Source of the DNA: Octopus vulgaris
Taxonomy: Eukaryota
Direction of reading: 5' to 3'
Assembly: GCA_951406725.2 (NCBI GenBank)
Contig: OX597840.1
Coordinates: 27,652,001-27,716,000 of the forward strand
Length of the DNA stretch: 64,000 nucleotides
Shown here: positions 44,366 to 58,407 of the stretch, piece after piece
Numbering within the stretch: position 1 is the stretch's first letter
How the letters are laid out: each line of letters opens with the position of its first letter
Program-made: the position numbers and the translations under genes
Notes under the pieces: generated by a model
The model's input: the letters and a program-made list of their open reading frames with translations, nothing else
Told to the model about the DNA's origin: nothing
Databases searched by the model: none

Positions 44366-44409
<44 letters not shown>

Positions 44410-44410
44410 A

Positions 44411-44594
44411 TACATTACTCGGTAGTCAAGATAAAACTCTGAGTTTCAGATGCCGAAGTGGAAATCCACACCACTCTTCGGTTATCTGGCTTGAAAACGT
44501 TATTCAAATAGCCAGATAACCGAAGAGATGGTGTTGTGGATTTCCACTTCGGCATCTGAAACTCAGAGTTTTATCTTGACTACCGAGTAATGTA
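44411..44594. repeat. About 82-bp-arm fold-back hairpin containing an HHR-like motif (44514-44576, +)
   Basis: Arms 44411-44491 / 44510-44594. AGATAA-CCGAAGA-GATG...CATC-T-GAAA-C(tcaga)G-TT-TTATCT. Confidence 0.88.
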
Positions 44595-44672
44595 ACATAT
44601 TGTATAGATAAATTTCCTCTATTTACATAATATTGAGGTCTCTTTCTTTCTTTTGTTATCTTACCGTTTTAT

Positions 44673-44712
<40 letters not shown>

Positions 44713-44839
44713 TATATCCTATTTTAACGTGTATAAAGAACCCCCCTAAATTGGAGATTTGGAGAATTAAGTGATTTGTTAATATCTATAATACTATCAA
44801 TGTATAAGAAAGACCCACAATTTTAGTATATACTCACAA

Positions 44840-44875
<36 letters not shown>

Positions 44876-45130
44876 GCATTATATTGCTATGCTGTGTGCC
44901 TTGCCGTGTAATTCCATTATGTATGCTTCTGTATATGTCGCAATTGTATTTAGTTGCGTTCAATGTTGTCATTGTTCGTGACTTAACATACCTGGCTATT
45001 GTGTACTGGATATGCGCTGCATGTGGATATTATATAAAATAAATCACTCGCTCCAACCAAGCATGTTCATTGTGGTATATATATTGATATATGTAGCTAC
45101 ATATTTATATATATGTGTGTATATATATAT

Positions 45131-45205
<75 letters not shown>

Positions 45206-45481
45206 ATACTAATATATATATATATGTATATATACATATATACATATGTATATATATATATTTATGTACATGTATGTGGGTGTATCGGTGTATGTTTTTT
45301 TTTATATCGGATTCTAGCAAAATTAATTTTTTCGTTGAACAGAAAGATTACTCGATATAGTGTGTAGAGTGCTTAGTGCATTGTATCTCCAATAATTTTA
45401 CTAAATAGCAGGTGACAAGTCTTGGATATTTCCGCGTGCTAGCCTGCATCAGACAGACAGACAGACATGCGTGCACGCACG

Positions 45482-45514
<33 letters not shown>

Positions 45515-45754
45515 GTACTTTTTCGAATTTGTGTGAATGTGTATAGAATAATATATCAGCTGAATAAAGTTAAATCATGGTCTGGTTTTCATGTTTTCTA
45601 TTCAGGTATTTTAACATTAAAAAAGATATTCTGTAATGCTCATAAAGTTAAATTGGCGCTTTCAGAACGTAGCGGCTGACGAAATACCGCTAAGCATTTC
45701 ACCCGCTAAGCGTTTAATTGAGTTAAAAGCAGGTGTTATTCGAATCTTTATACT

Positions 45755-45839
45755 TCCGACATATGTTTCGAAGAAAACATTGATGATATTCCGGAGGGAA
45801 TAAAATGATGTAAAACAATGCAATCAACTCGTCAGGTGC
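45755..45839 (-). ncRNA. Degenerate long-stem-II hammerhead motif
   Basis: Minus: CTGACGA-GTTGATTGCATTG...CAATGTTTTCTTC-GAAA-C(ATAT)GTC. Confidence 0.55.
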
Positions 45840-46072
45840 AAAGAGAGAAACAAAACACATCAATAAGCCATTTTAACTGAACGTGATTACTGCGTATATA
45901 ATGAAGGAGAACGGTGGGAAGTTATTTTTTGAAAACAAAACCGTTAAATAGATTCAACGTCAAAAGCAAATTAGAGGAAGAGAAGGAGAACGAAGGAAAG
46001 AAATTAACAAAAAAATTAAGAATGGAGAAATATAGTGCAATAGATCAATGGGAAAAAAGCTTAAAAGCGTGG

Positions 46073-46114
<42 letters not shown>

Positions 46115-46117
<3 letters not shown>

Positions 46118-46285
46118 GCAGGAGTGGCTGTGTGGTAAGTAGCTTGCTAACCAACCACATGGTTCCGGATTCAGTCCCACAGCGTGGCATCTTGGGCAAG
46201 TGTCTTCTGCTATAGCCCCGGGCCGACCAAAGCCTTCTGAGTGGATTTGGTAGACGGAAACTGAAAGAAGCCTGTCGTGTATATG

Positions 46286-46320
<35 letters not shown>

Positions 46321-46537
46321 TTGTGTGTCTGTGTTTGTCCCCCTAGCATTGCTTGACAACCGATGCTGGTGTGTTTACGTCCCCGTCACTATGCGGTTCA
46401 GCAAAAGAGACCAATATAATAAGTACTGGGCTTACAAAGAATAAGTCCCGGGGTCGATTTGCTCGACTAAAGGCGGTGCTCCAGCATGGCCGCAGTCAAA
46501 ATGACTGAAACTAGTAAAAGAGTAAAGAGTAAAGAGT
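46115..46537 (+). mobile_element. SINE family A, full length
   Basis: A-box tggctgtgtgg, internal microsatellite, GAGTAAA tail, inserted in (TA)n. Confidence 0.92.
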
Positions 46538-46619
46538 ATATGTATATGTGTATATATATATGTATATAAATATATATATATTATATTATATTATATATGT
46601 ATATATATTCTTTTATTCA

Positions 46620-46890
46620 TTTTTCTTTTCTTTCTTTCCGTCATTTGACTGCGGCCACGCTGGAGCACCTTATAGGGTTTTAATTGAAGAAATTGACTCG
46701 AGGAGTTATTCTTTTGCGAACCGCTAAGTTACATGGACATAAACACACCAGTTTCCGTTTACCAAATCCACTCACAAGGCTATGGTCGGAGCGGGGCTAA
46801 GATAGACGACACTAGCCCGAGGTGCCACGCAGTCGGACTGAAACCGGAACCATGTAGTTGGAAAGCAAGCTTCTTACCACACAGCCACGC
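46620..46890 (-). mobile_element. SINE family A, diverged, with internal deletion
   Basis: Reverse complement family match. Confidence 0.75.
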
Positions 46891-46932
46891 ATATATATAT
46901 ATATATATATATAGATAGATAGATAGATAGAT

Positions 46933-47002
<70 letters not shown>

Positions 47003-47315
47003 GCTCACAGACGAAGTGAAAGAGAGAGAGAGAGAGAGAGAAAGAAAGAGAGAGAGAGTGAAAGAAAGAGAGAGTGAGTGAGAGAGAGAGAGAGAGAGAG
47101 AGTATATGAATGTATTGCATGATGTAAGTACGGTGTTCTATGATATAAACTGTTTTTATAATTTTTCTATATATTTTTGAAGAAATAGATTGGTCTAGAA
47201 AATTAGCAGTCGATTATATTCACAACATCGCTAAGGGGATGGAAGAATGGATGGATGGATGGATGGATGGGTGGATAGAGGGATGGAAGGATAGCTAGAC
47301 AGATCGATAGATAGA

Positions 47316-47384
<69 letters not shown>

Positions 47385-47431
47385 ATATAGACAGATACAC
47401 TGATAGATAGATAGTTAGACAGACAGATAGA

Positions 47432-47574
<143 letters not shown>

Positions 47575-48174
47575 GGATGGATATAAAGATAGATGGATGG
47601 ATAGATAGATAGATCGACCGATAGATAGACCGATAGATAGATATATCAATCGACCGATAGATAGACTGATTGATAAATAGATTGACCGATAGATAGACTG
47701 ATTGATTGATAGACTAATTGATAGATAGATCGAGCGAGGGATAGATAGATGGATAGACAGACAGATGGATGAACGGGATGACGTACAAACAAGCAGACAG
47801 GCGGACAGACAGACAGTCAGATAGGTAAATAAGTAGAAATATTGTGTGAAGAAAAGAGATTGAAAAATGAGGTAATAACTTGTAATGAACATAGGTAAAC
47901 AAAGGGAGAGAGAGAGAGAGAGAGAGAGAAAGATAGAAGGAAAGAAATGAAAGAAGAGAAAGGAAAGAAAGAAAATTTCGTGCGAACTCGTCTGGAATAG
48001 AGAAAGAAAGAAAGCAGGTTTGCATGAAAGAGAACGAGAATGAGAAGGAAAGAGTGAGGAAGAAAGAGTAGGATAAAGAGAAAGAAAGAAGATTGTGTGT
48101 GATTGAAAGAAAAAATATGAGATTCGGTGAGAGAAAGGCAGAGAAAATGAGATAGGAGAGAGAGAAAGAGAGAA

Positions 48175-48220
<46 letters not shown>

Positions 48221-48241
48221 GTGATTGATTGACAGAGCGAA

Positions 48242-48284
<43 letters not shown>

Positions 48285-49024
48285 GGATTGTCGGGAGAGT
48301 AAGAAATTTCTTTATAAAGTGGTTCTGCTATATTTCTTGTGGTTTTATACAAATACTGGAAGTAAAAGAAACGAATTATTCTGTTTCCATGAGCCTTATC
48401 TGATGCTAACGAACACGGCAGCCATATTGGAACAAGAATATAACCAATGGTTACGCATAACATAAAACAATGGCGTCGTGTTACTGTTGGTGGTGGTGGT
48501 AGTGGTGGTGGTAGTGGCGGTAGTTAGTGTTCGTGTCGTTTAGCCACAGGTCGAGTGGACACCTATGATAGAAAACATTCCAGCCGAATGGCCATCTCGT
48601 CTTAATTTTATACAGTTTAACAACTGCAGCTAAGCAAATTTTCATTCAACTCATCTATTATTTATTTATCTATTTATTTTGAAGATGGTAATCTCTGGAG
48701 AATTTGGTTGCTTTTTCTAGCAGGTCGAATTGAGATGTTGGGGGACTCTTACGCATTAAAAAATGTGCTTGAGAGAAATATGTTTCTTTATTAGCCACAC
48801 AGGGCTGAACACAGAGGGGACAAATTACAAAGAAGAGCTTTTCTTTTTGGGGAGAAAAAATAAAAATAAAAAATAGAAAAGGGGGGTAGGTTTTCGATCA
48901 AAAGGGATCGTAAAAAAAGAGAAAAAAAAGAGAAAGAGAAAGATAGAGAGAAAAATGACTTATTCTATGTATGGCTAGATGTATGGGTGCATACATGCAT
49001 ATGCATATATGCAAGTAGTATATA

Positions 49025-49070
<46 letters not shown>

Positions 49071-49071
49071 G

Positions 49072-49200
49072 GGAGAGTTTACGAAAAAAACAAAAGACGA
49101 AGACAGCTGGTGTATAAAACAAACAGATGTATTAGTATAACGCTCAGGAATAGGAAAAGTCTTTTACGTTTCGAGCCTATGCTCTTCTACGGAAAGGGAC
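49072..49200 (-). mobile_element. Short TA-adjacent repeat with variant minimal HHR (49161-49196)
   Basis: Minus: CTTT-CCGTAGA-A-GAGC(atag)GCTC-GAAA-CG-TA-AAAG. Homologous to 17030-17160. Confidence 0.55.
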
Positions 49201-49610
49201 ACAGAAAAAACATATATGTGTGTGTGTGTGTGTGCGAGCAAAACTGAATGTGTTTCTATTTATCTATGTGTGTTTGTGTCTATGTGAGCGTGTGTGTGTG
49301 TGTTTGTGTGTTCTGTACTGTTTTTCATTATTTGAAATCTTCCTGTAAGGAAGGAGCTGGTTTTGTTTTTTTAAAACAAAGATATAAAACTCTTTAGTTG
49401 GAATGTAGATAACAAAATCAATGTCACATTGAATAATTTTTACAGTTCCGCTTAAAGATTGTAATTATAACGTGCATGCATGTTAGCTGTTTGATTTCTT
49501 TTTCTTATATATACATGTATGTTCGTATGTAGGTACTTACGTACGTATGTATGTATGTATATATATGTATTATTTAACCCCAAGATTCCGAGTCTGAATC
49601 CAGACAGTGA

Positions 49611-49643
<33 letters not shown>

Positions 49644-49645
49644 CG

Positions 49646-49710
<65 letters not shown>

Positions 49711-49711
49711 G

Positions 49712-50299
<588 letters not shown>

Positions 50300-50307
50300 T
50301 TTTTTTT

Positions 50308-50472
50308 CTAACATACAGAAAATTGCACTACTAGGCACTGCACACATCCTACGCAGAACACTTTCCATACAATAACCATCAGAGCATTACAACAAAACAC
50401 AGCACATATCCAAGGCACACAGAGCTGCGCTCGGTAGTGAAGTGAAAGCACGCTATAAAAATAAAACTACTG
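50308..50472 (+). mobile_element. Second Dong/R4-type family 3' end inside (TAA)n
   Basis: NIQKIALLGTAHILRRTLSIQ* plus a distinct 3' UTR ending tactg|aataat. Confidence 0.85.
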
Positions 50473-50473
50473 A

Positions 50474-50561
<88 letters not shown>

Positions 50562-50658
50562 TGATGATGATGATAATAATAATAACAACTACAACAACAG
50601 CAACAACAAGATCGAAAAATAACTTAGGAATGAGAACCCAGGTTCGAAATTTCCCCAG

Positions 50659-50704
50659 GACACCTGATGAAGGCTGGAGAGTATATCAGCCGAAACGTTG
50701 TGTT
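50659..50704 (+). ncRNA. Minimal type I hammerhead ribozyme within a short element (~50610-50790) with (AATGTAAAT)n tail
   Basis: GACAC-CTGATGA-A-GGCTG(gagagtatat)CAGCC-GAAA-CG-TT-GTGTT. Confidence 0.78.
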
Positions 50705-50899
50705 AACAACAAACAAGATGAGGACAAATATCCGTCAAATGTAAATAATGTAAATAATGTAAATAATGTAAATAATGTAAATAATGTATACTGATAATAT
50801 TTTTCATTTCAAATAGTTTTAAATAGTTCATTTCAATAGCGTGTACCATCACTTCATAAACTTTTCAGTTGCCTATATAGTCACGAGTAAAACACGAAG

Positions 50900-51100
50900 T
50901 TGGTTTGTTTGCGTCCCCGTAACGTATCGGCTCAGCAATAGAAACAAATAGGATAACTACCAGACTTTAGAAAAAAGAACATAAGTGCTGGGGTCATTCT
51001 GTTTTTGACTAAAAACACAAAAAAAAAAAAAGAAAAAAAAAAAACTTCAAGGCAGTGCTCCAGCATGGCCACGGTCCGATGGCTGAAACAAGTAAAAACA
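50900..51100 (+). mobile_element. SINE family A 3' half, diverged
   Basis: gcgtccccgtaac...ggcagtgctccagcatggcc. Confidence 0.7.
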
Positions 51101-51475
51101 TATAAATGCCCGTGTATTTGCCGCCATATACACTCGTCAATATATACGTATGCACATACGTATATATACTTACACACACGCACATACACAAACACACATA
51201 TATGTATGTATTTGTGTGTATATAAATATATATATATATATATATGTGTGTGTATGTGTGTGTGTGTGTGTATGTAAGTATATAAATATATATATATATA
51301 CATATAAATATATATATATATATATATATGTGTGTGTATGTGTGTGTGTGTGTGTATGTAAGTATATAAATATATATATATATACATATAAATATATATA
51401 TATATATATATATGTGTGTGTATGTGTGTGTGTGTGTGTATGTAAGTATATAAATATATATATATATACATATAA

Positions 51476-51507
<32 letters not shown>

Positions 51508-51532
51508 ATGTGTGTGTGTGTGTGTATGTAAG

Positions 51533-51572
<40 letters not shown>

Positions 51573-52000
51573 TACACTCTGTCATTTTCGAGTTGTTGAT
51601 CCTGTTTGTGAAGTCTGTAAAAGTCATTCAACTCGGATTAACATGTTGCTGTGAGCCGAGCTTCGGAGCCGGTTTAAATAGCTAATACCTTTTGGTTCAC
51701 AAACGCTATTGTCTACGAGTAGCGTGTGTAGTTGTAGCAGTGGTGTGGGCGGAGTAGTGTTGTGTTATAGTAGAAGTGTGCTATTTTTAAATAGATGCAG
51801 TTGGTGTTGGGAAACGAAAGGGTTGGAGGTTCGAGTTTTGACATTTCATTTTTGCTGGTTATTTTTTTTTTCTTTTTCTTTTTTTACTGTTGTTTTCTCT
51901 TTTTCTGTTGAGCAATAGGTTTCGGTGTATGTTGTGATTTGGCTGTAATTCTGTCCGGAAATACGGATTCAGGAATTTACAACCGTATCACTTGTGTTGT

Positions 52001-52266
52001 GTGTGGAGGCGCGTGGCTTAGTGGTTAGGGTGTCAGCATCACGAACGTAAGATTGTGGTTTCGATTCCTGGACCGGGCGACGCGTTGTGTTCTTGAGCAA
52101 AACACTTCATTTCACGTTGCTCCAGTCCACTCAGCTGGCAAAAATGAGTAACACTGCGATGGACTGGCGAACCGTCCAGCTGGGGAACACATACGCCATA
52201 GAAACCGGGAAACCGGGCCCATGAGCCTGGCTAGGCTTTAAAAGGGCGCATCTATTTATTTATTTT
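52001..52266 (+). mobile_element. tRNA-derived SINE family C with 15-bp target-site duplication
   Basis: A-box tggcttagtgg, B-box gtttcgattcc, (TTTA)n tail. TSD tatcacttgtgttgt at 51986-52000 and 52267-52281. Confidence 0.92.
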
Positions 52267-52359
52267 TATCACTTGTGTTGTAAATAAGGTATTTTAATGC
52301 GTGTGCATATTTATACGTTTTGCCACACGAAGAAGTGGGGAAAAGAAATCAAAGTATGA

Positions 52360-52399
<40 letters not shown>

Positions 52400-52444
52400 C
52401 ATGTTTGATCGGTAAAGGTTAATCGTAATCTCGCCAGGCAAATA

Positions 52445-52580
52445 GCTTCCGCCGAGGTCCAGTTTACCTTTCATCCTTTCTGCATCAATATTAAAAAAGG
52501 TACCAGTCAAGTACAGGGATCGACGTAATTGATTTCCCCCTCCCCTCGAAAACCACTGGTCCTGTCCCAAAATTAGAAAC
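52445..52580 (+). mobile_element. SINE family B fragment
   Basis: ttccgccgaggtc...cctttcatcctttc. Confidence 0.7.
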
Positions 52581-52619
52581 CATTATTACCTTATAATTTT
52601 ATCTTGTTTATTTTTTGCA

Positions 52620-52975
52620 ATATTTTACTTGTTTCAGGTATTAGACTGAGGCCATGCTGGGGCACTACCTTGAAGACTGAATTGACCCCAGACCTTATTT
52701 TCTGTTTTTGCAAACCTGGTACCTATTCTCTCGGTCTCTTACACCGAACTGCTAAGCTACGGAAACATAAGCATAACTATACCGGTTGCCAGGACACACA
52801 CACACACACACACGACGGTCTGCTATCAGTATGTATCTAGCAAATCTTCTTACAAAGCTTTGGTCGGCCTGAGGCTATAGTAGAATACATTTGTCCAAGG
52901 TGCCATGCAATGGGACAGAACCCGGAACCAACTGATAAGGAAGCAAGATTCTTACCACACAGCCACGGCAGCGCC
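52620..52975 (-). mobile_element. SINE family A, diverged
   Basis: Reverse complement family match. Confidence 0.8.
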
Positions 52976-53149
52976 TTTTTATCAATGTCATTATCGACAT
53001 GTTCTATCCACTGAATTATCGCTCAAATATTAATTAATTTCTCAGTTGTTAATTATTCAGTATTATTTCTATTATCACACAATAATCATTTTATCTCATC
53101 CTTTATCAATACCGTCTGTAATATCTTCTTATCCTCTACATTAATCCAT

Positions 53150-53303
53150 TATAGCCAGTGTTCAACTGGTACTTAATTTATCGACCCCGAAAGAATGAAA
53201 GGCAAAGTAGACCTTAGTGGAACTTGAAATCAGAATGCAAAGACGTACGAAATGTCGCTAAGCAATTTACCCGGCGTGCTAACGATTCTGCCAGCTCGTC
53301 GCC
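53150..53303 (-). mobile_element. SINE family B 5' part
   Basis: Reverse complement of head and Nin domain. Confidence 0.82.
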
Positions 53304-54072
53304 TTAAAAAAAATGAACAAAATATTAGCAACATGAAACCACCATTAACATCTGCCGAACCTCGCGAACCCCACATTAATGGCCGTATATAATATGAAAG
53401 GTGGTTTTGACGTACCCTCTACGTATTTCACAGCTACCATTAAACTCATTGTTAGACCTATCATCTTCCTGTTATCCATTATTCGAATGTTATCGCCATT
53501 ATCTGTTTCTGAACAATTATCTCACTCTTGGCTATTATCACACAGAGCTTTTATCTCACTGACAACTACTAGCATACTGATAGCTATTATCACACGGCTA
53601 TTTATCACAAGTCTATCAGCCATTAACTCAATTTTATATATGATATAGAACTATCAGCTAACACTGGAAGCTTCGCTATTATCTCATTGATAGCTGTTAT
53701 CACACGGCTATTTGGCGCCTTGCCTGTGAAACCTTGATATCTGTGAAAACTTAATTCAACTTTATTTTCACTTTGCTCTCATTCTTAGATAATATTTAGT
53801 GTTAGTTTTGTAATAACACCTATTATCACACTATAATCGCACTGTTCGCTATTATTTCATCGCTATTATCACATGGCAATATATCACCTGTCCATGATAC
53901 ATAATTCAGCTGTATATATCATTAGTAAATATTAACTTATTGTTATTACATTTATATTTTTAGCTACTATTTCACTGTTAGTTATAATAATATCCCCTAT
54001 TATCACATTGCTAGCTATTTTCACACGGCGATATATCACCTGTCTGTGACGTTAATTCAGCTTTATATATCC

Positions 54073-54670
54073 CTAGCAGTATCGCCCGGCGTTGCTCGGG
54101 TTTGTTTCGACCCTTTAGAATTGGAATTTTTGAAAAGCAAAAATTTTGCATTATGTAGTTTGTTATTCTCTTTAAGTGGACATTTTTCTGGTTGAAATAC
54201 ACCGAAAAATGGCGACACAACAATCAAAAAATCGTAAAAAATAGGAATATTCATAGAAAAAAAAGCATCTTTTTGATGTAAATATTTTTTGGTGTTAACA
54301 TGGTCCGATTTGAATTTTTTCTTGTACGGAAGGAAGAGCAAGCCTTCTTCTATCATACTCTCAATTTTGGTCAACTTGCACCGCACAGTCTCGGAGGAGA
54401 TAGTGTTAGTTGAAGGCTGCCACACCTGCCATATACAGACAACTTCAGCTTTATATATAACGATAAAAAAGCCCCTTTTTGATGTAAATAATTTTTGGTG
54501 TTAACAGGGTCCGATTTGAATTTTTTCTTGTACGGAAGGAAGAGCAAGCTTTCTTCTATCATACTCTCAATTTTGGTCAACTTTCGCCGCAGGGTCTAGG
54601 GGAGATTGTTTTAGTTGAAGGCTACCAAACCTGCCATACACAGACAACTTCAGCTTTATATATAGAGAGA
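54073..54670 (-). mobile_element. Non-autonomous Helitron with internal ~207-bp tandem duplication
   Basis: Same hairpin+CTAG 3' end as 19915-20310 (ctagcagtatcgcccggcgttgctcggg) and a TC start at 54670. Confidence 0.8.
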
Positions 54671-55107
54671 TTGCTATCAACTCATTGTTATCAGAGTTGT
54701 ATTGAGAGCTATTATTTCACTGCTAGCTATTATAACTTTTATTATCATACTATAACTAATTATCTCACTGATATCGCATTGCTAACTATTATCACAAAGT
54801 TATTTATCACCTGTCTGTGAACACTTAAACTTACCTATTATTATTTAAGATCATGATATTGTTTCCAGAGATATCCTATTTTAAGCTATTACCAAGCTGT
54901 TAGTTATTGTTATCCCACAGCTATTTATCAATCGTTAAGATACCCACACCGCCATTGCAAAATATGATCTTGCGCTCAAAAGGTGCTTGTTACATGTCAC
55001 ATACGCAACACGGGCATCGGCCATATTGCTTCCAAGAGGCCCAACGCTCGAAAGGTTTTTGTCTTGTTTCAACTCAGAGCTGCGGCCATGCTGATGCACC
55101 GCCGATT

Positions 55108-55512
55108 TGTGCTACACTGTTATTACGAAGAACCTCCTCTAATATGTGGCACTTGGTGAAGAATGGAGTTTGATACAGCTACTCTCATTTGCACCTCTTG
55201 CCGTGAGGTAGGTTCATCTGGGACTCTTGACAGGAAGGTGTCCAGCTTTGATTTAAAAACCGCTACATCTACTTAGTGCAAGTTCCTCAGACTCTTTGGG
55301 AGAATATTAAAAAGCTGTGGGCCCTTGAAACCCAGGCTGTTGCAGAAGCTGGTCCTGAAGCGTGATGGTATTGCTGGGATCTTTGGCACTATGCAGTGTC
55401 GTCCCGCTCTAGCATTGGTGTAGCTTACAATGCCAAAATTTGGCACAATTCCTTCCAGGATCTTCCAGACATATATTACTGCATACCTCTCCCGTCTTCT
55501 CTCCAGGGAGAG
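55108..55512 (-). pseudogene. CR1/L2-group LINE 3' ORF2 remnant
   Basis: SLERRRERYAVIYVWKILEGIVPN...KGPQLFNILPKSLRN...FKSKLDTFL..VPDEP. Confidence 0.8.
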
Positions 55513-55639
55513 GTTTATATACAAACACACTTAACATCTCAGTTTACGAAGTTGATTACTAAATCATGTTCCCTTGTCATTCAACGATTTATATCACGGT
55601 CTGTACTCGCCTAATGCTTTATTCCAAAGTATATGTACT

Positions 55640-55880
55640 TTGATAGTACCCAGAAGGAGGTGCTTCTTTTCCACTCGCCAAATTGAATGGAGTTTCGACC
55701 AGGAAGAACTGATGTTATCAGATGTCGTCCAACGATCGTTCGGTGCTTCGACCCTGAATCGAAACTCCTCCCCGTTGTTGGTGGGTGGGGTCTGTAAAGG
55801 TGGGCAAACCACTGCTCATCATCTTCTCCTGGCTTCCAGCCTAACACCTCTCTCTTGCTCCATAACCAATGTATGTTGAG
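55640..55880 (-). pseudogene. Possible RTE-like LINE remnant
   Basis: QWFAHLYR resembles the LRWFGH..R motif. Highly decayed. Confidence 0.3.
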
Positions 55881-55944
55881 TACTAACAACTGCTTATACC
55901 TAAGCGAAATCATTATATACATATATACATACATATATGGAGAG

Positions 55945-56103
55945 TGAGTGTGTGGTACGAAGCTTGCGTCGCAACCAAATGGTTCTGGGTTCAGTCCCAC
56001 TGCGTGGCACTTTGGGCAAGTGACTTCTATTATAGCCTGAGGCCGACCAAACACTTGCGAGTCGATTTCGTAGATGGAAACTGAAAGAAGCCCGTCGTGT
56101 CTG

Positions 56104-56186
<83 letters not shown>

Positions 56187-56390
56187 CTGTGTTTGTCCCG
56201 TCACCATCGCTTGGCAACCGGTGTTGATGTGTTTCTGTCCCCATAACTTAGCGGCTCAGCAAAAAGACCGATAGAATAAGTATTAGGCTTACAAGGAATA
56301 AGTCCTGCGGTCGATTTGTTCGACTAAAGCCGATGCTGCAGCATGACCGCAGTCAAATGAGTGAAACAAATGAAACTATAAATGAATAAA
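55945..56390 (+). mobile_element. SINE family A
   Basis: Family match with internal (TA)n(TG)n. Confidence 0.85.
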
Positions 56391-57543
56391 GTATGTGTGT
56401 GCGTATGTTTATATATGTATGTATATATATATATATATATGCATATATGTGTGTGTACATATATATATTATTTATATATACATATATTATTTATGAACAT
56501 GTATACATACACATACATGGTATGCAATTATATATACGTGTGTGTGTGTGTGTGTTGAAAACTTAATGGATTATCTTTTATTTTGTTTCTTTAATAACCA
56601 GAAGACGTTCTTTTCTCTGTAATATTAAAATTTTATTTCAATAACATATGAGAAAATTTGACCTTTATTTTTAAACAACTAAATGTTTTTTTTTTTAATA
56701 AAAAGAGAATATGAAAATGCTGCTGACAGATTTTGTATTTGCTCAAATGAATGATTATTACAGAATTATGTTAAAAATATTAATTTAAATGAAAAAAATA
56801 TTAGCAAAGAAAATGTAGGAATAGCAACGATGATAACACCACCATCAATAACATTTTTTTGCAATCGAAGCAAATCCTATTAAACTCTGCTGATATAAAC
56901 CAGACCAAGAAGAAAGATAGTATGTGGAAGTTGTGTAGTGCAAAAAGTAGTACATCCTTGCTCGTGGCATTTTAGATAGGAAAAGACGAGAGGGAAGTGG
57001 ACGTGGCATTTTAGATAGGAAAGGACGAAAGGGAAGTGGATATAGTTGTGCTTAACAAGAAATGTAGACAGTTCTATTCTGTGTATAGAGTCGGAAGAAG
57101 AAATGGAAGGAAACTTGGCCGATATGTGATAGAATATGTGCTCTTTCGACCTAGATGCACGTATGGAAACGCTTGCCGGGTTTGTTATGATCGACGATGC
57201 GGTGAGAATGTAAACATGACTCGTGCACCACAAGTCTACCCACGGGCTGATGCTGCAGTGCATAGAGGAAAAAAGATTCCAAGGGTAACGGATTCAACCT
57301 CAATGGAACCACCCCGCATTCCAGATATGGTAAGAGGCTCGGGAGGACCTTCAGAAAGACAGACTCCACTGGGGACAGTAAAATAAAACACAAAATAAGA
57401 TGTAGAATATAAAACGGAACGAAAACTTTGAATGAGCCTAGAATGTTTATAAGTCGTATGTTTAAAGGTATTTTTCAATATGCTGGCCATTAATAAAATT
57501 CTTTTTGTTTCGAAAGAATTTTATCCTATATCAGATGTATATA

Positions 57544-57612
<69 letters not shown>

Positions 57613-57868
57613 TTGTATATATACACACATACACATATATGAATGTATATCCTTTATGGCATGAGAGTAGGGAAAATGAGACAGAAAGTAAAATAATTAG
57701 CTTTTAACGGTTCAGCTCGAAGTAGATGAAGCTGTAAATAACAATGTGTAAATGTTCAATAAAAGGAATACCTTTCTACTATTACAATCGTCAGGAAAAT
57801 GCGGCCCGTAAGATTTTTTTGAACTGTATGACTAACAAAATATTACCTTGGATAGTTTTTTTTTGTAT

Positions 57869-57869
<1 letters not shown>

Positions 57870-57907
<38 letters not shown>

Positions 57908-58032
57908 CACACACACACATGCACACACATGTACACACACACACGCACACTCACACACACACACACACACATGCACACACACACATGCACACACACACAC
58001 ACATGCACACACACACACACACACACACACAT

Positions 58033-58065
<33 letters not shown>

Positions 58066-58084
58066 CACACACATGCACACACAT

Positions 58085-58133
<49 letters not shown>

Positions 58134-58195
58134 CACACACACACATGCACACACACACATGCACACACACACACACACACATGCACACACACACA

Positions 58196-58226
<31 letters not shown>

Positions 58227-58278
58227 GCACACACACACACATGCACACACACACATGCACACACACACACATGCACAC

Positions 58279-58374
<96 letters not shown>

Positions 58375-58407
58375 GCACACACACACACACATGCGCACAC
58401 ACACACA
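57870..58407. repeat. (CA)n array punctuated by ATGC
   Basis: Direct inspection. Confidence 0.95.

Noticed and set aside
52001-52080. tRNA gene (also SINE heads at 11058, 30224 and 40977)
   Set aside because: A and B boxes continue into SINE bodies with tails or a TSD, and there is no complete cloverleaf.
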